From NCBI RefSeq assembly GCF_055900595.2, contig NZ_CM148325.1: DNA of 64,000 nucleotides; one strand, 5' to 3'. The notes under the pieces are model-generated. The model did no database searches. It was not told the DNA's origin and saw only the letters and a list, made by a program, of their open reading frames with translations. The position numbers and the translations under genes were made by a program. This document shows positions 43,700 through 53,334 of the stretch, in pieces. Within the stretch, counting starts at the first letter, position 1. Each line of letters opens with the position of its first letter.

Positions 43700-43712
43700 G
43701 TTGATTCCTTTG

Positions 43713-44372
43713 CTATACGTTTTGCCAGAAGGCCGATAACCGCGGCCAGGTCAGAGATTCCGTTGAGGGCAGCAACAGTTGCGCCCCGGTTAAGCTCGTG
43801 CCGATCCCCACCGAGCGCATACCGCTGGCGTTAATGGCGTCAATACCCGCCTGCGCATCTTCAATGCCAATGCAGGCCTGTGGAGGCACGCCCAGCCCTG
43901 CACAGGCGGCGAGAAAGATTTCCGGGTCCGGTTTCGAGTGTTTAAGTTGGGAAGCGTCCGCGCAGAAGGTGAAAAACTCGCGCAGCTCCAGCGCCGCTAA
44001 AATTGTTGGGGCATTCAGGGAGACGGAGGCCAGCCCTACCGGGATGCCTTGCGCCCGAAGATCTGCCAGCAAAGGCCGAATTCCCGGCAGAACAGCGTTA
44101 ACCGTCAGTTCGCGCAGTGAGTGGACGTAGAGCAGATTTTTGCGATACGCCAGTTGCGCCCGCTCTTGCACGTTAAAGTCGCCCTCTTTGCCCCCGTGTT
44201 GCAGAATGCGTCGCAGGGACTCATCGCGGCTGATCCCTTTTAACGTCTCGTTAAATTGCACATCGATGCCGATGCCGATTTCGGCAGCAATCTGCTGCCA
44301 TGCCTGGAAGTGCAGATGTGCGGTGTCGGTGATCACGCCATCCAGATCGAAAATTACCCCTTGTAGTTTCAT
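43713..44372 (-). CDS. ycjU: Beta-phosphoglucomutase
   Basis: 219-aa ORF with HAD motif I ([12 protein letters not shown]). Confidence 0.9.
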   Translation of the reverse strand: MKLQGVIFDLDGVITDTAHLHFQAWQQIAAEIGIGIDVQFNETLKGISRDESLRRILQHGGKEGDFNVQERAQLAYRKNLLYVHSLRELTVNAVLPGIRPLLADLRAQGIPVGLASVSLNAPTILAALELREFFTFCADASQLKHSKPDPEIFLAACAGLGVPPQACIGIEDAQAGIDAINASGMRSVGIGTSLTGAQLLLPSTESLTWPRLSAFWQNV

Positions 44373-44388
44373 TCATCCTCTTGATGCG

Positions 44389-44402
44389 TGGTAGCGGTCC
44401 CA
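44389..44402. promoter_or_regulatory. Putative LacI-family (YcjW) operator, copy 2
   Basis: Minus strand TGGGACCGCTACCA, identical to the 14-mer upstream of ycjM; inside the ycjT 3' end, 17 to 30 nt upstream of the ycjU ATG. Confidence 0.45.
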
Positions 44403-46267
44403 TTGAAGGGCAAAATAAAATCACCCAAACAGAAAACAGACTCTTCAGTCACGGAAATAAGCTGACCGTTCAACCGCAGTGAAACGGGCGCAGAAGTTCG
44501 AATCGCAATACGCTGCGCGTCGAGAGTGACCTGTAATTCGCAGCCCTGCCAGAACAGAGGGAAAGACAACTGTTGCCACTGCTCAGGTAACGCCGGATTG
44601 AGAAGTAATTCGCCGTCGCGCACGCTGACTCCGGCAAAACCCTGAATCGCGCCCAGCCAGATAGCGCCAGTTGCGGCAGCGTGGATACCGTCATCACAGC
44701 TATGCGGATCAGCACCGAGATCGATTTCACTCCCCTCGCGCCAGAACGGGTAACTCTGCGCAAGCAAGCCACAACGCGCGGCAACAATGCCGTGGATCGC
44801 TTTACTCAATGACGAGTCGTGAATGGTGCGCGGTTCATAAAATTGCAGATTGGCGAGACAAGAGGCCGCTGAAAATTGTTCCGGTAGCATGTAATTGAGC
44901 ATCACTACATCGGCCTGCTTGAGGATCTGCATCTCGTTCACTTCTGCGCGTGAATAATCCAGCAGAATGGTTTGCTTCCCGGCCGCCGCTTTGTATTTCG
45001 CCAGATCTATCGCCGGTTTCGCCATAAACGAATCATCCTGCGGCAAAACGCCGTCGGGCTGAATTTCTGGCATCCACAGCTCTTTGAGGAACATGTCGGC
45101 ACGATGAATAAACGCGTCGTCGCTACAGCAAAACTGGCGAGCAATATTCAGCGCCTGTTGGACGTTGTAGCAGGCCATATAACTGGTGTATGCGTTATTA
45201 TTAACGTGTTCGGTATATTCGTCTGGCCCAATAACATCATGAATTTCCAGGCGGTCGTTAACCCTTACCGCACGGCTAATCCAGAACTTTGCGGTCTCCA
45301 GCAGTAGCGCCATGCCTTCGTGAGCGATGAAGCTTTCATCTCCCGTTACCTGCCAGTATTGAATAACCGCCCAGGCGATATCGGCAACCAGATGATGTTC
45401 TGCCTGCGCTGAGGCCACTTTTTGCCGCAGCCCGGTACGAATGTTAATGGCGGCAAATTCCGGCGTTTCTTCTTCGCCGCTACGTGCGCTCTCCCACGGA
45501 AACAGCGCGCCCTGCCAGCCATTGCGTCGCGCTTTCTCCTGCGCCCCTGGTAAGTTGTGCCAGCGATAGCGCAGCAAACTCCGGGCAATCGTCGGTTCGC
45601 TAAACAGATGGAACGGCAGCATGAACACTTCCGTATCCCAGAAAACATGGCCTTTGTAGCCTTCCCCGGTTAAGGCTTTTGCCGCAATGCTGCTACGCTC
45701 GTCGTGGGCGGGCGTCATAATACGCAAATGATAAAGCGCATAGTCTAACGCCCGCTGATCGTGCGTATCGCAACTCTTTACCGTGATACGACGTTTCTGC
45801 CACCATTGCTGCCAGTTTTCTGTCGATGCTGCAAGAAGTTGGTCATAACTCTGTTGTGTAGACATTTCGAGCTGGCGAAGCGACCCACTGCCCCACTCGT
45901 CTAAAGCGGCTTGTCGGTCGTCCCGCCAGTCAATCCACACCCGCTTTTGCAGGGTCAGTGTTTCACCTGTGCGAAGTTGCGTGCTGGTATGTTGCAGCAA
46001 ACGGCGCTCTTTTGCGGTATAGCACTGCTGAACGTCACCATCCGCCTGACAGTGACAACTGATGGCCACATCACTGCGCCCATCCTGGGTGGTGTAGATC
46101 CCCTGCATCAAATGCTGACCAAACACCCGCACCTGGGTTTCGTCAAGATGCTGGCGACCGTGGTTGGTTTGCGTGGCGTTAATGCCTGTTGAGATCAGCA
46201 CTGATGCCTCGGCGTCCAGCGGGGTAATACTGATTTCCAGCGCGATCAACGGCAGTTGATCTGTCGA

Positions 46268-46978
46268 AATAAATATCCTCCGGCATAGCCGGAGGTTTTT
46301 CAAATGCGCCTGTAAGGCTCTGTTACCAGCCGCGCCCTAACAGGCGCATACGATCTGACATTTGCATTCAACTTCGTTACTTACGGCCCGTAAACGGGCT
46401 GCCCGGATATGGAATCGATAACTGCTCCCCCATTTTATCCTCTTCAAGCTGGTGCTTTATGTAGTCCTGTATCTTCGCCGTGTTCTTACCCACCGTATCG
46501 ACATAGTACCCTCGGCACCAGAACTCCCTGTTTCTGTATTTGAATTTCAAATCCCCAAACTGCTCGTAAAGCATCAGACTGCTTTTCCCTTTCAGATATC
46601 CCATAAAGCCGGATACGCTCATTTTGGGTGGGATTTCCACAAGCATATGGATATGATCTGCGCAGCACTCTGCTTCCAGAATCCGTACGCTTTTCCACTC
46701 ACACAGCTTTCTCAAAATACTGCCTATCGCCCTACGCTTCTCTCCGTAAAACGCCAGTCTTCGGTATTTCGGCGCAAAAACTATGTGATATTTACAGTTC
46801 CAGCGGGTGTGCGCTAAGCTCTTTTCGTCCCCCATTGGGACCCCCTTTTGATTTCTTGTTTGACACTTGCAGTTGCCAGACCGCAAGGTGTTTTAACAAA
46901 TCAAAAGGGGTTTTAATAACTGGCTCAAAGCTGAAAGCTTTCCGGAACCCCCAGCCTAGCTGGGGGTTTTCTGTGCAC
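46268..46978 (-). mobile_element. IS200-type insertion sequence (IS200/IS605 family), about 711 bp
   Basis: Boundaries inferred from where ycjT homology stops and resumes (within a few nt). Upstream of tnpA: palindrome CCCCCAGC-ctag-GCTGGGGG (46943..46961) and a stem-loop overlapping the tnpA RBS. Downstream end: hairpin CCTCCGGC-ata-GCCGGAGG (46277..46295). Confidence 0.85.
46377..46835 (-). CDS. tnpA: IS200 transposase TnpA (HUH Y1)
   Basis: Track ORF 46377..46886; start moved to MGDEKSLAHTRWNCKYHIVFAPKYRR (152 aa); HUH motif (ADHIHML) and C-terminal Tyr region (RGYYVDTVG). Confidence 0.9.
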   Translation of the reverse strand: MGDEKSLAHTRWNCKYHIVFAPKYRRLAFYGEKRRAIGSILRKLCEWKSVRILEAECCADHIHMLVEIPPKMSVSGFMGYLKGKSSLMLYEQFGDLKFKYRNREFWCRGYYVDTVGKNTAKIQDYIKHQLEEDKMGEQLSIPYPGSPFTGRK

Positions 46979-47343
46979 AACAAAGCGACGACTTGCAAGG
47001 GTGAACCCTGCGCCGTCGCTCGTGCGCCAGATAACACTGCGGCGTAATTCTCCACTGGCAAAGTCAAGCTCACGCTGCCACGCTTCGCGGGATAACGAAA
47101 AAATCTCGCCGTTTAGGGTAATTTCCATTCCCACCACGTCTGGCAGATTCACCAGTTCGTTGATTTCACCTTTCCCGGCTCGATGATAAAGCCCTGCCAG
47201 ATACATGCCGCGCGTCTGCCGCGTGTAATCTTCTTCATGGCTGGCACGAAGCCCAAGATAGCCGTTTCCCTGCGCCATTAATGAGGCATATTTATTCAGG
47301 GTATGCTGGCTGAAATGGGGTTCCGTTAATGTTACTGGCCTGG

Positions 47344-48399
47344 TCATAATTCCACACGCGTCCCTGTTTCTGCGGATTGATACAGCGCCGCCACCAGTTG
47401 CTGGATGATGTACCCTTGCTCGGCGTCGGCAATCATCACTGGCTTGCCCTGTACGTGATTGATAAAGGCTTCCATGCTGCGCAAATGACGGTTGTCGTCG
47501 GCCAGTTCCCGTTGCATCAACGTCATTAATTCACCGTTGTTGTCGGTATAGATATGCGCCGGAAATAGCGTGGCTCCCGCTTTATCGCCGCAAAAGCTGA
47601 CGTTCATAATCGACTGTTCGCGGATGTTGAGTGCAAATGATGTCTCCAGCCAAAGAATGCCGCCGTTATGAAATTCAATGGTGCCAAACAGCGAATCTTC
47701 GACGCTGTAGGTTGCCGGGTCCCACTCGCCAAATTGACCACAGCTCTTTTGCGGGCCGATCTTTTGAAAGCTATGCGCATTCACGCTTTTCACTGCCGGA
47801 AAGCCCAGCACATACATCGCGGCATCCAGCATATGAATGCCGATGTCGATCAGCGGGCCACCGCCCTGCAGTTCTTTATTGGTAAAGACACCCCAACCGG
47901 GAACGCCGCAGCGACGCAGGGCGCGAGCGGTCGTCACGTAAATCTGACCCAAAACGCCGTTGGTCACCTGTTCACGCAGTTGTTGCGTATCAAGGGCAAA
48001 ACGATGGTGAAAGTCGTAGGCCAGCACCTTGCCCTGTTTGCGCGCGGTATCGCACATTTCCCGCGCCTGTTCTGGCGTCATGGCGGGCGGTTTCTCGCAC
48101 ATCACATGGCAGCCTGCCTCCAGCGCCATCAGGGTATGCTCGTAATGAAAACGGTTAGGTGAACAGACGCTTATCACGTCAGGTTTTACCGCCAGCAGCA
48201 TGGCCTGCGGATCGTCCCACACGGATGCGTTCCCGTATTTCTCTGCCAGCGCCTGCGCCTGGGAAAGGCGGCTGTCACAGACAGCCACCAGTTCCAGATC
48301 GTTGCGGGTGCAGTAGTACGAAGCATGAACCTTATCCGCCACCTGGCCCGCGCCTATTATCGCGACCCGCAGCGGAGAGCTTGTCATTGCACTTTTCAC
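47344..48399 (-). CDS. ycjS: Gfo/Idh/MocA-family oxidoreductase
   Basis: 351-aa ORF with Rossmann motif (VAIIGAGQVADKVH); stop overlaps ycjT start. Confidence 0.9.
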   Translation of the reverse strand: MKSAMTSSPLRVAIIGAGQVADKVHASYYCTRNDLELVAVCDSRLSQAQALAEKYGNASVWDDPQAMLLAVKPDVISVCSPNRFHYEHTLMALEAGCHVMCEKPPAMTPEQAREMCDTARKQGKVLAYDFHHRFALDTQQLREQVTNGVLGQIYVTTARALRRCGVPGWGVFTNKELQGGGPLIDIGIHMLDAAMYVLGFPAVKSVNAHSFQKIGPQKSCGQFGEWDPATYSVEDSLFGTIEFHNGGILWLETSFALNIREQSIMNVSFCGDKAGATLFPAHIYTDNNGELMTLMQRELADDNRHLRSMEAFINHVQGKPVMIADAEQGYIIQQLVAALYQSAETGTRVEL

Positions 48400-48408
48400 A
48401 AAGACCTC

Positions 48409-49197
48409 TTAGCAGGTGCGCAACCAGGCCAAAGAATCACGGTACGCCTGAGCAGGATCTTCTGCCCGGATACGCCCTTCATACACCACATAGCCCTGAT
48501 AGTTATCGGCGCGCAACTGTTCAAACAGCGCGTGGAAATCGAGGGTGCCGCTGCCCGGCTGATAGCGATGGTTATCGGCAATATGCACATGACCAAGCAG
48601 GTCACGGTTGTCATGCAGCGCCTGCGCCAGGTTATCCTCTTCGATGTTCATGTGATAGAAATCGCCGATAATCTGCACATGTTTAAGGTTGTTTTCGACG
48701 ATGTAACGACGAGCATCGGCGAGCGTGTTGATCATGTGGTCCTGATAGCGGTTTAGCGGTTCGAGATACACCACCGTTCCGGTACGCGCGGCTACCTTCT
48801 CCAGGAAACGCAGGGAATCGCTCACCATTTGACGATCGCCGTCCAGGCTGCGCGGCGAGGTCATCGGCGGTAAGCGAAAGGTAAACATGCCCCACGCTGC
48901 TGGAACGACAATACCTTTGCCGCCCACTTCCGCCAGCGCCTCAAGAATGCGCTCGATCTGCTTTAAACCATTAAGACGACGCTCTTCGATAAAGTCGCCA
49001 ATCCAGCCGTCATAGCCGCCGCAGGCGGTGGTCACCGGTAAACCGGTTTCTTTGATCGCTGCTTTGACTTCTTCGAGATTGTTGACCAGCAGTTTGCCGT
49101 CAATCTCAAAACCATCAAAACCCATCTCTTTGATATAACGAAATTTCTCCAGAATATTTTCCGGAAAGAAGGCCTGATTCTGTGTGCCGATTTTCAT
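48409..49197 (-). CDS. ycjR: Sugar phosphate isomerase/epimerase (xylose isomerase-like TIM barrel)
   Basis: 262-aa ORF MKIGTQNQAFFPENILEKFRYIKEMGFDGFEI... Confidence 0.9.
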   Translation of the reverse strand: MKIGTQNQAFFPENILEKFRYIKEMGFDGFEIDGKLLVNNLEEVKAAIKETGLPVTTACGGYDGWIGDFIEERRLNGLKQIERILEALAEVGGKGIVVPAAWGMFTFRLPPMTSPRSLDGDRQMVSDSLRFLEKVAARTGTVVYLEPLNRYQDHMINTLADARRYIVENNLKHVQIIGDFYHMNIEEDNLAQALHDNRDLLGHVHIADNHRYQPGSGTLDFHALFEQLRADNYQGYVVYEGRIRAEDPAQAYRDSLAWLRTC

Positions 49198-49213
49198 TTT
49201 TCCGTCCTTAGAA

Positions 49214-50267
49214 TTAAAAAGTTACGCCCATTTTGATGCTCTGTTCCGGATGCTGGTCGACATACTGCATGTAGCTTTCCGGGCTGTTAGCAAAGGTCAC
49301 CACCGGGTCGATTAAATCTTCACAATTGAGATAACCGTTCATCAGCAGTTCCCAGCAGGTTTCTTCAATACGCTTGCGGCTCCAGCGCGGATAATCCGGG
49401 TTCGGTTCACTGCACGCACGAGAGAAGACAATTTTGGCGTTGTTGAAATGCGCTTCACGTCCGAGGTTAAAACCTTCAGCAAACGGTTTGGCAAACGCAA
49501 CATAGGAGATGGTGCCGCCATAAGCCAGGCCGCGCAGTGCCGATTGCAGCGCGTCGGCGTAGCCGCTGGTTTCGATAATCACATCGGCACCCTGCTTGCC
49601 GGTCAGCGTTTTAATCTCTTTGCCTACATCCGTGCCAATGGGGTTAAGGCAGAAATCCGCCCCGTGGCGACGGGCAATATCACAGCGATGAGCGATAGGA
49701 TCGACACCAATCACCACCGACGCGCCAGCGCGTTTTGCCAGTTGAATGGCAATTTGACCAATCGCGCCAAGCCCTACCACCACCACAAAATCGCCCACGC
49801 GCACGTTGGCATCGCGCACGCCGCTCATGGCAAACTGCGCCGGGTCGTAACAGACGGCGTTTTTCCACGAGCTACCTTGCGGCATTTTGCGCAGTTTGTA
49901 GTTATTCACCGCGTTAATGATGACCGTTTCGGAAAGCGGGCCGTAGCCGCATACGCTGTCGCCCACCGCGTAGTCGGTAACCTCGCTGCCGCACTCGATA
50001 ATGTCGCCAACCACCATGTTGCCAAGCTGGAACTTGCCAAACTCAATGCCGCGCGGCGCATCTGCCGGACGGGGGGGTGAACATCTGCCATTCGCCATTA
50101 AAGTCTTCATTAATAAACGGGCTGGCGGCGCGGAAATCGACCACTTCCGTCCCGTGTTTCGGCGCGCCGAACCGCACGCGGATCTTCACTTCATTGGCTG
50201 AAATCGCCCTGTCTTCATACTCCACCAACGCGGCAACGCGCGGTGCTGTGGCTACTAACTTTTTCAT
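49214..50267 (-). pseudogene. ycjQ: ycjQ (zinc-type alcohol dehydrogenase) with +1 frameshift in a C7 run
   Basis: N-terminal 74-aa ORF (50043..50267, MKKLVATAPRVAALVEY...QMFTPPSGRCAARH*) and C-terminal 298-aa ORF (49214..50110) overlap in different frames around G7 at 50071..50077 (C7 on the coding strand). Confidence 0.7.
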
Positions 50268-50297
50268 GTAAAACTCCTTGTCAAGAAACTGGCCGCT

Positions 50298-51140
50298 TTA
50301 GCCCTTCACGCCACCGGCGGTCAAACCACTCTTAATAAAACGTTCCGAAAGTGCATACATAATCACCACCGGCAATGCGGTCACCAGCGAGGCCGCCATC
50401 ATTCGGCCCCAGATGTAATCAGGGGTACTGAACAGCGCGTTCAGGCCTACCGGTAAAGTGAAATTGCTGGCGCTGGAGAGGAAAATCGAGGCAAACAGAT
50501 AGTCGTTCCACGCCACCATAAAGCAGTAGACGAACACGGATATCAGGCCCGACATCGCCAGGGGCACTGTGATACGGAAGATGATTTGCAGACGGTTGAG
50601 GCCATCCATCATCGCCGCTTCTTCGATTTCATCAGGGATGGTGTCGAAGTAGCTTTTCAGCATAAACACGGCGGTGGGCAGGGTTTGCGTCACCATGGTG
50701 ATGATCAGCGCCATCTCGGTGTCGTAAATGCCAAGCGCAGTGATGATTTTGAACAGCGGCACCACCAGCAAAATGCCGGAGAACATGTACACCGTGTAAA
50801 AGCTGGCGTTGATGGTCATTCGCCCTTTAAAGCGCAGGCGGGAAAGCGCGTAAGCCCCGAGAATGCCGAGAAATACTGCTATCACGGATGAAACTACCGA
50901 CACCACCAGGCTGTTACGGAAATAATCGACAAACGGGAAAATCACCGGGTTAAAAATGTCGACGTAATGCTCCAGCGTCCACTGCTGTGGCAGCAGCGTA
51001 GGATGCAGCGAGATCGCCTCTTTCGCGCTTTTGAACGAGGTCATCAGCATCACAAAAAAGGGAAACAGCGTGATGATGAGAAACAGCGCAAGCCCGCAGT
51101 AAAAACCGATGCGACTGAGTGTGCGTTTATTTGTTGCCAT
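50298..51140 (-). CDS. ycjP: ABC transporter permease
   Basis: 280-aa polytopic membrane ORF; overlaps ycjO stop. Confidence 0.9.
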   Translation of the reverse strand: MATNKRTLSRIGFYCGLALFLIITLFPFFVMLMTSFKSAKEAISLHPTLLPQQWTLEHYVDIFNPVIFPFVDYFRNSLVVSVVSSVIAVFLGILGAYALSRLRFKGRMTINASFYTVYMFSGILLVVPLFKIITALGIYDTEMALIITMVTQTLPTAVFMLKSYFDTIPDEIEEAAMMDGLNRLQIIFRITVPLAMSGLISVFVYCFMVAWNDYLFASIFLSSASNFTLPVGLNALFSTPDYIWGRMMAASLVTALPVVIMYALSERFIKSGLTAGGVKG

Positions 51141-52008
51141 TGAGGTTCACCCGTTTTCTGGTCAGCAGAATGACAGCGAAAATAATGATGAAGAGCACCA
51201 CCGAGATCGCCGCCGCTTTCCCTAAGTCATTAAAGGCAAAGGCGGTTTTGTAGAGATAGACGCCGAGAATATCGACCTTGGTCGTCAGCAAATAAACGTC
51301 CGCGAACATGTAGAACATCCAGATGGTACGCAGAGTCACCACCGTCGCCAGGACCGGCATAATCGCGGGCAGCGTGACGATGCGAAACCGTTGCCAGGCA
51401 TTCGCGCCGTCCATCTCTGCCGCTTCGTACAACGATTTATCAATGGTCTGCAAAATCGCCAGAAACGAGATAAAGGCATACGGGAAGTAGCGCCAGATGG
51501 CGAACAGCACCACCAGCACAAAACTACTGCCCGGGTTATCGAACCACAGCGGCGCCTGCTCATAGAGATGCAGAAGATCGACGCCGAGGTAGTTCACAAT
51601 GCCGTAGCCGTTGTTGAACATGTATTTCCAGGCGAACACCAGTGAAATGGATGGCGTTACGTAGGAGAGGATCACCAACGAACGCGCGGTCTTGCGCAGG
51701 CGAAACTCGCGGTTGAAAAACATCGCCACTGCCAGCCCGAGCACGGTGCTGCCCGCCACCACCAGCGCGGTATACCAGACCGTCATCCACAGCGAGTGCC
51801 AGAAGCCGGGATCGGAGAGAATACGCACATAGTTGCTCACCCCAACAAACGTTGACTCGATGTTGGGATTAAGCGGCAGACGTAAAAAACTGATTTCGAT
51901 ATTCGACACCATCGGCCACGCCACCAGACCGCCCAGCAGTAATAAGCTGGGCGCGAGAAGCAACAGCGCAAAGGGCATATCGGAACGACCTGAAAAAAGC
52001 CTGTTCAT
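51127..52008 (-). CDS. ycjO: ABC transporter permease
   Basis: 293-aa polytopic membrane ORF. Confidence 0.9.
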   Translation of the reverse strand: MNRLFSGRSDMPFALLLLAPSLLLLGGLVAWPMVSNIEISFLRLPLNPNIESTFVGVSNYVRILSDPGFWHSLWMTVWYTALVVAGSTVLGLAVAMFFNREFRLRKTARSLVILSYVTPSISLVFAWKYMFNNGYGIVNYLGVDLLHLYEQAPLWFDNPGSSFVLVVLFAIWRYFPYAFISFLAILQTIDKSLYEAAEMDGANAWQRFRIVTLPAIMPVLATVVTLRTIWMFYMFADVYLLTTKVDILGVYLYKTAFAFNDLGKAAAISVVLFIIIFAVILLTRKRVNLNGNK

Positions 52009-52028
52009 TGCGGATTCCTGTTCTGGGA

Positions 52029-53321
52029 TTAGTGCTGTTCGATCAGTTCATCCAGCTTTTTCTGGCTCGCTTGCAGCGTGGTTGAGAGATCGGCTTTCCC
52101 CACGGTGACGTTATGCACCATTGAACTCACCACACCAGAGCCCGTGACATCGCCCATGCGGGTAAAGTTTTTGTCCCCTACCGCACCAAAGACCTGAATG
52201 TTTGGCAGTTCGCTAATCAACTGATTCGGCAAGTCTCCCAGCGCCTTAATCACGTCGTTATCTTTCCAGGTGGCAGTAGTCACAACCGCTTTGTTCACCG
52301 GCAGCGCCGCGCCTGGCGACATCATCACCCAGTCGGCAATGTTGTCTGCCTGCTCCATAAAGGTGACAAATTTTTCTGCCGCTTCCGTCTCTTCGCTTTT
52401 TTGCCCGGCGGTAATGGTCAGCGAGGTCAACATGCCGTAGACCGCCGAGTTTTTCTCGGTTGGCACCACGAAACCGACATTTTTCGGGTCACCTTCTTTA
52501 ATCACAGCCGGAAGGATATAGGTGGAGTAAATCGCCATCGGCGCAGTGCCGTTCATAAAGGCGTCTTTCACTTCCATAATGTCGTTAGAGCCCGGCATGG
52601 TGTTGGCAGCAAGGTCGCGGTAATAGGTCAGCGCCTGCATCATCTCCGGCGTATCAAGGGTGATTTTGCCTTCGGCGTTAAAAACGTTGGCCTGATTGGA
52701 TAACGCAAACTGAGAGAACGATTGTTCCGTCAGTACGCTTTCTGCCGTCGGCAGTGCAATACCGTATTTTTTATTCGCCGGATCGTTCAGTTTCTGTGCG
52801 ACATCCAGCAACTGTTGCCAGTTTTTCGGCTCATCCAGCCCGGCTTTTGCCAGCACATCTTTGCGATACCAGATACCGCCAATCCATGCGCTGACAGGAA
52901 CACCGGTCCAGGCGCTACCATCTTCGGTGCGCACAATCCGCAGAACGCCGTCATAAAACGCGCCTTCACCGACATTACTGATGACCGTAGCAACCGCTTT
53001 GCGATCGATAAGCTGTTCTTTGTCCATCACTTTCGCGTAGTCATGGCTGGTTTCGATCACTTCCGGCAGCGAGCCGCTACGGGAAAGGGTGATGACTTTG
53101 GTGTTATAGGCATCTTCTTCCACCGGCACTTGTTTAACAGTGATGCCTGGGTTTTCTTTTTCAAAACGCGCAATTAACTGACTTATAACCGCCTGGCGTT
53201 CCTGTTCCACCGAAGAATGCATAAACTCGATGGAGACATTCGTTTTATTTTCTTCTTTACAACCTGAAATCAGGGCGCAGGAAACCAGTGCTGATAACAG
53301 CACGATTTTAGATTTAATCAT
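52029..53321 (-). CDS. ycjN: ABC transporter periplasmic sugar-binding protein
   Basis: 430-aa ORF with lipoprotein-type signal (LLSALVSCALISGC). Confidence 0.9.
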   Translation of the reverse strand: MIKSKIVLLSALVSCALISGCKEENKTNVSIEFMHSSVEQERQAVISQLIARFEKENPGITVKQVPVEEDAYNTKVITLSRSGSLPEVIETSHDYAKVMDKEQLIDRKAVATVISNVGEGAFYDGVLRIVRTEDGSAWTGVPVSAWIGGIWYRKDVLAKAGLDEPKNWQQLLDVAQKLNDPANKKYGIALPTAESVLTEQSFSQFALSNQANVFNAEGKITLDTPEMMQALTYYRDLAANTMPGSNDIMEVKDAFMNGTAPMAIYSTYILPAVIKEGDPKNVGFVVPTEKNSAVYGMLTSLTITAGQKSEETEAAEKFVTFMEQADNIADWVMMSPGAALPVNKAVVTTATWKDNDVIKALGDLPNQLISELPNIQVFGAVGDKNFTRMGDVTGSGVVSSMVHNVTVGKADLSTTLQASQKKLDELIEQH

Positions 53322-53334
53322 GAGATGTTCCTTT

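Larger units (their letters stand above)
44369..47347 (-). pseudogene. ycjT: ycjT (GH65 kojibiose phosphorylase) interrupted by IS200
   Basis: N-terminal 123 codons (47347..46979, MTRPVTLTEPHFSQ...ASRRFV) and C-terminal part (about 46267..44369, STDQLPLIALE...HQEDE) are separated by about 710 bp carrying tnpA; both track fragments read into element-derived sequence at the junction. Confidence 0.85.

Noticed and set aside
46268-46303. First ~12 codons of the ycjT C-terminal track ORF (MKNLRLCRRIF) and last 17 codons of the N-terminal ORF (VHRKPPARLGVPESFQL)
   Set aside because: These are read-through into IS200 terminal sequence, not ycjT-derived residues; the ycjT fragments were trimmed at the inferred junctions.
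48159-48756. Plus-strand ORFs of 170 and 143 aa inside ycjS/ycjR, and many other 60 to 180-aa ORFs antisense to pfo, ydbH, dbpA, puuC and similar genes
   Set aside because: They are fully embedded antisense to well-supported genes, with skewed Arg/Ala/Pro-rich composition typical of GC-rich shadow frames.
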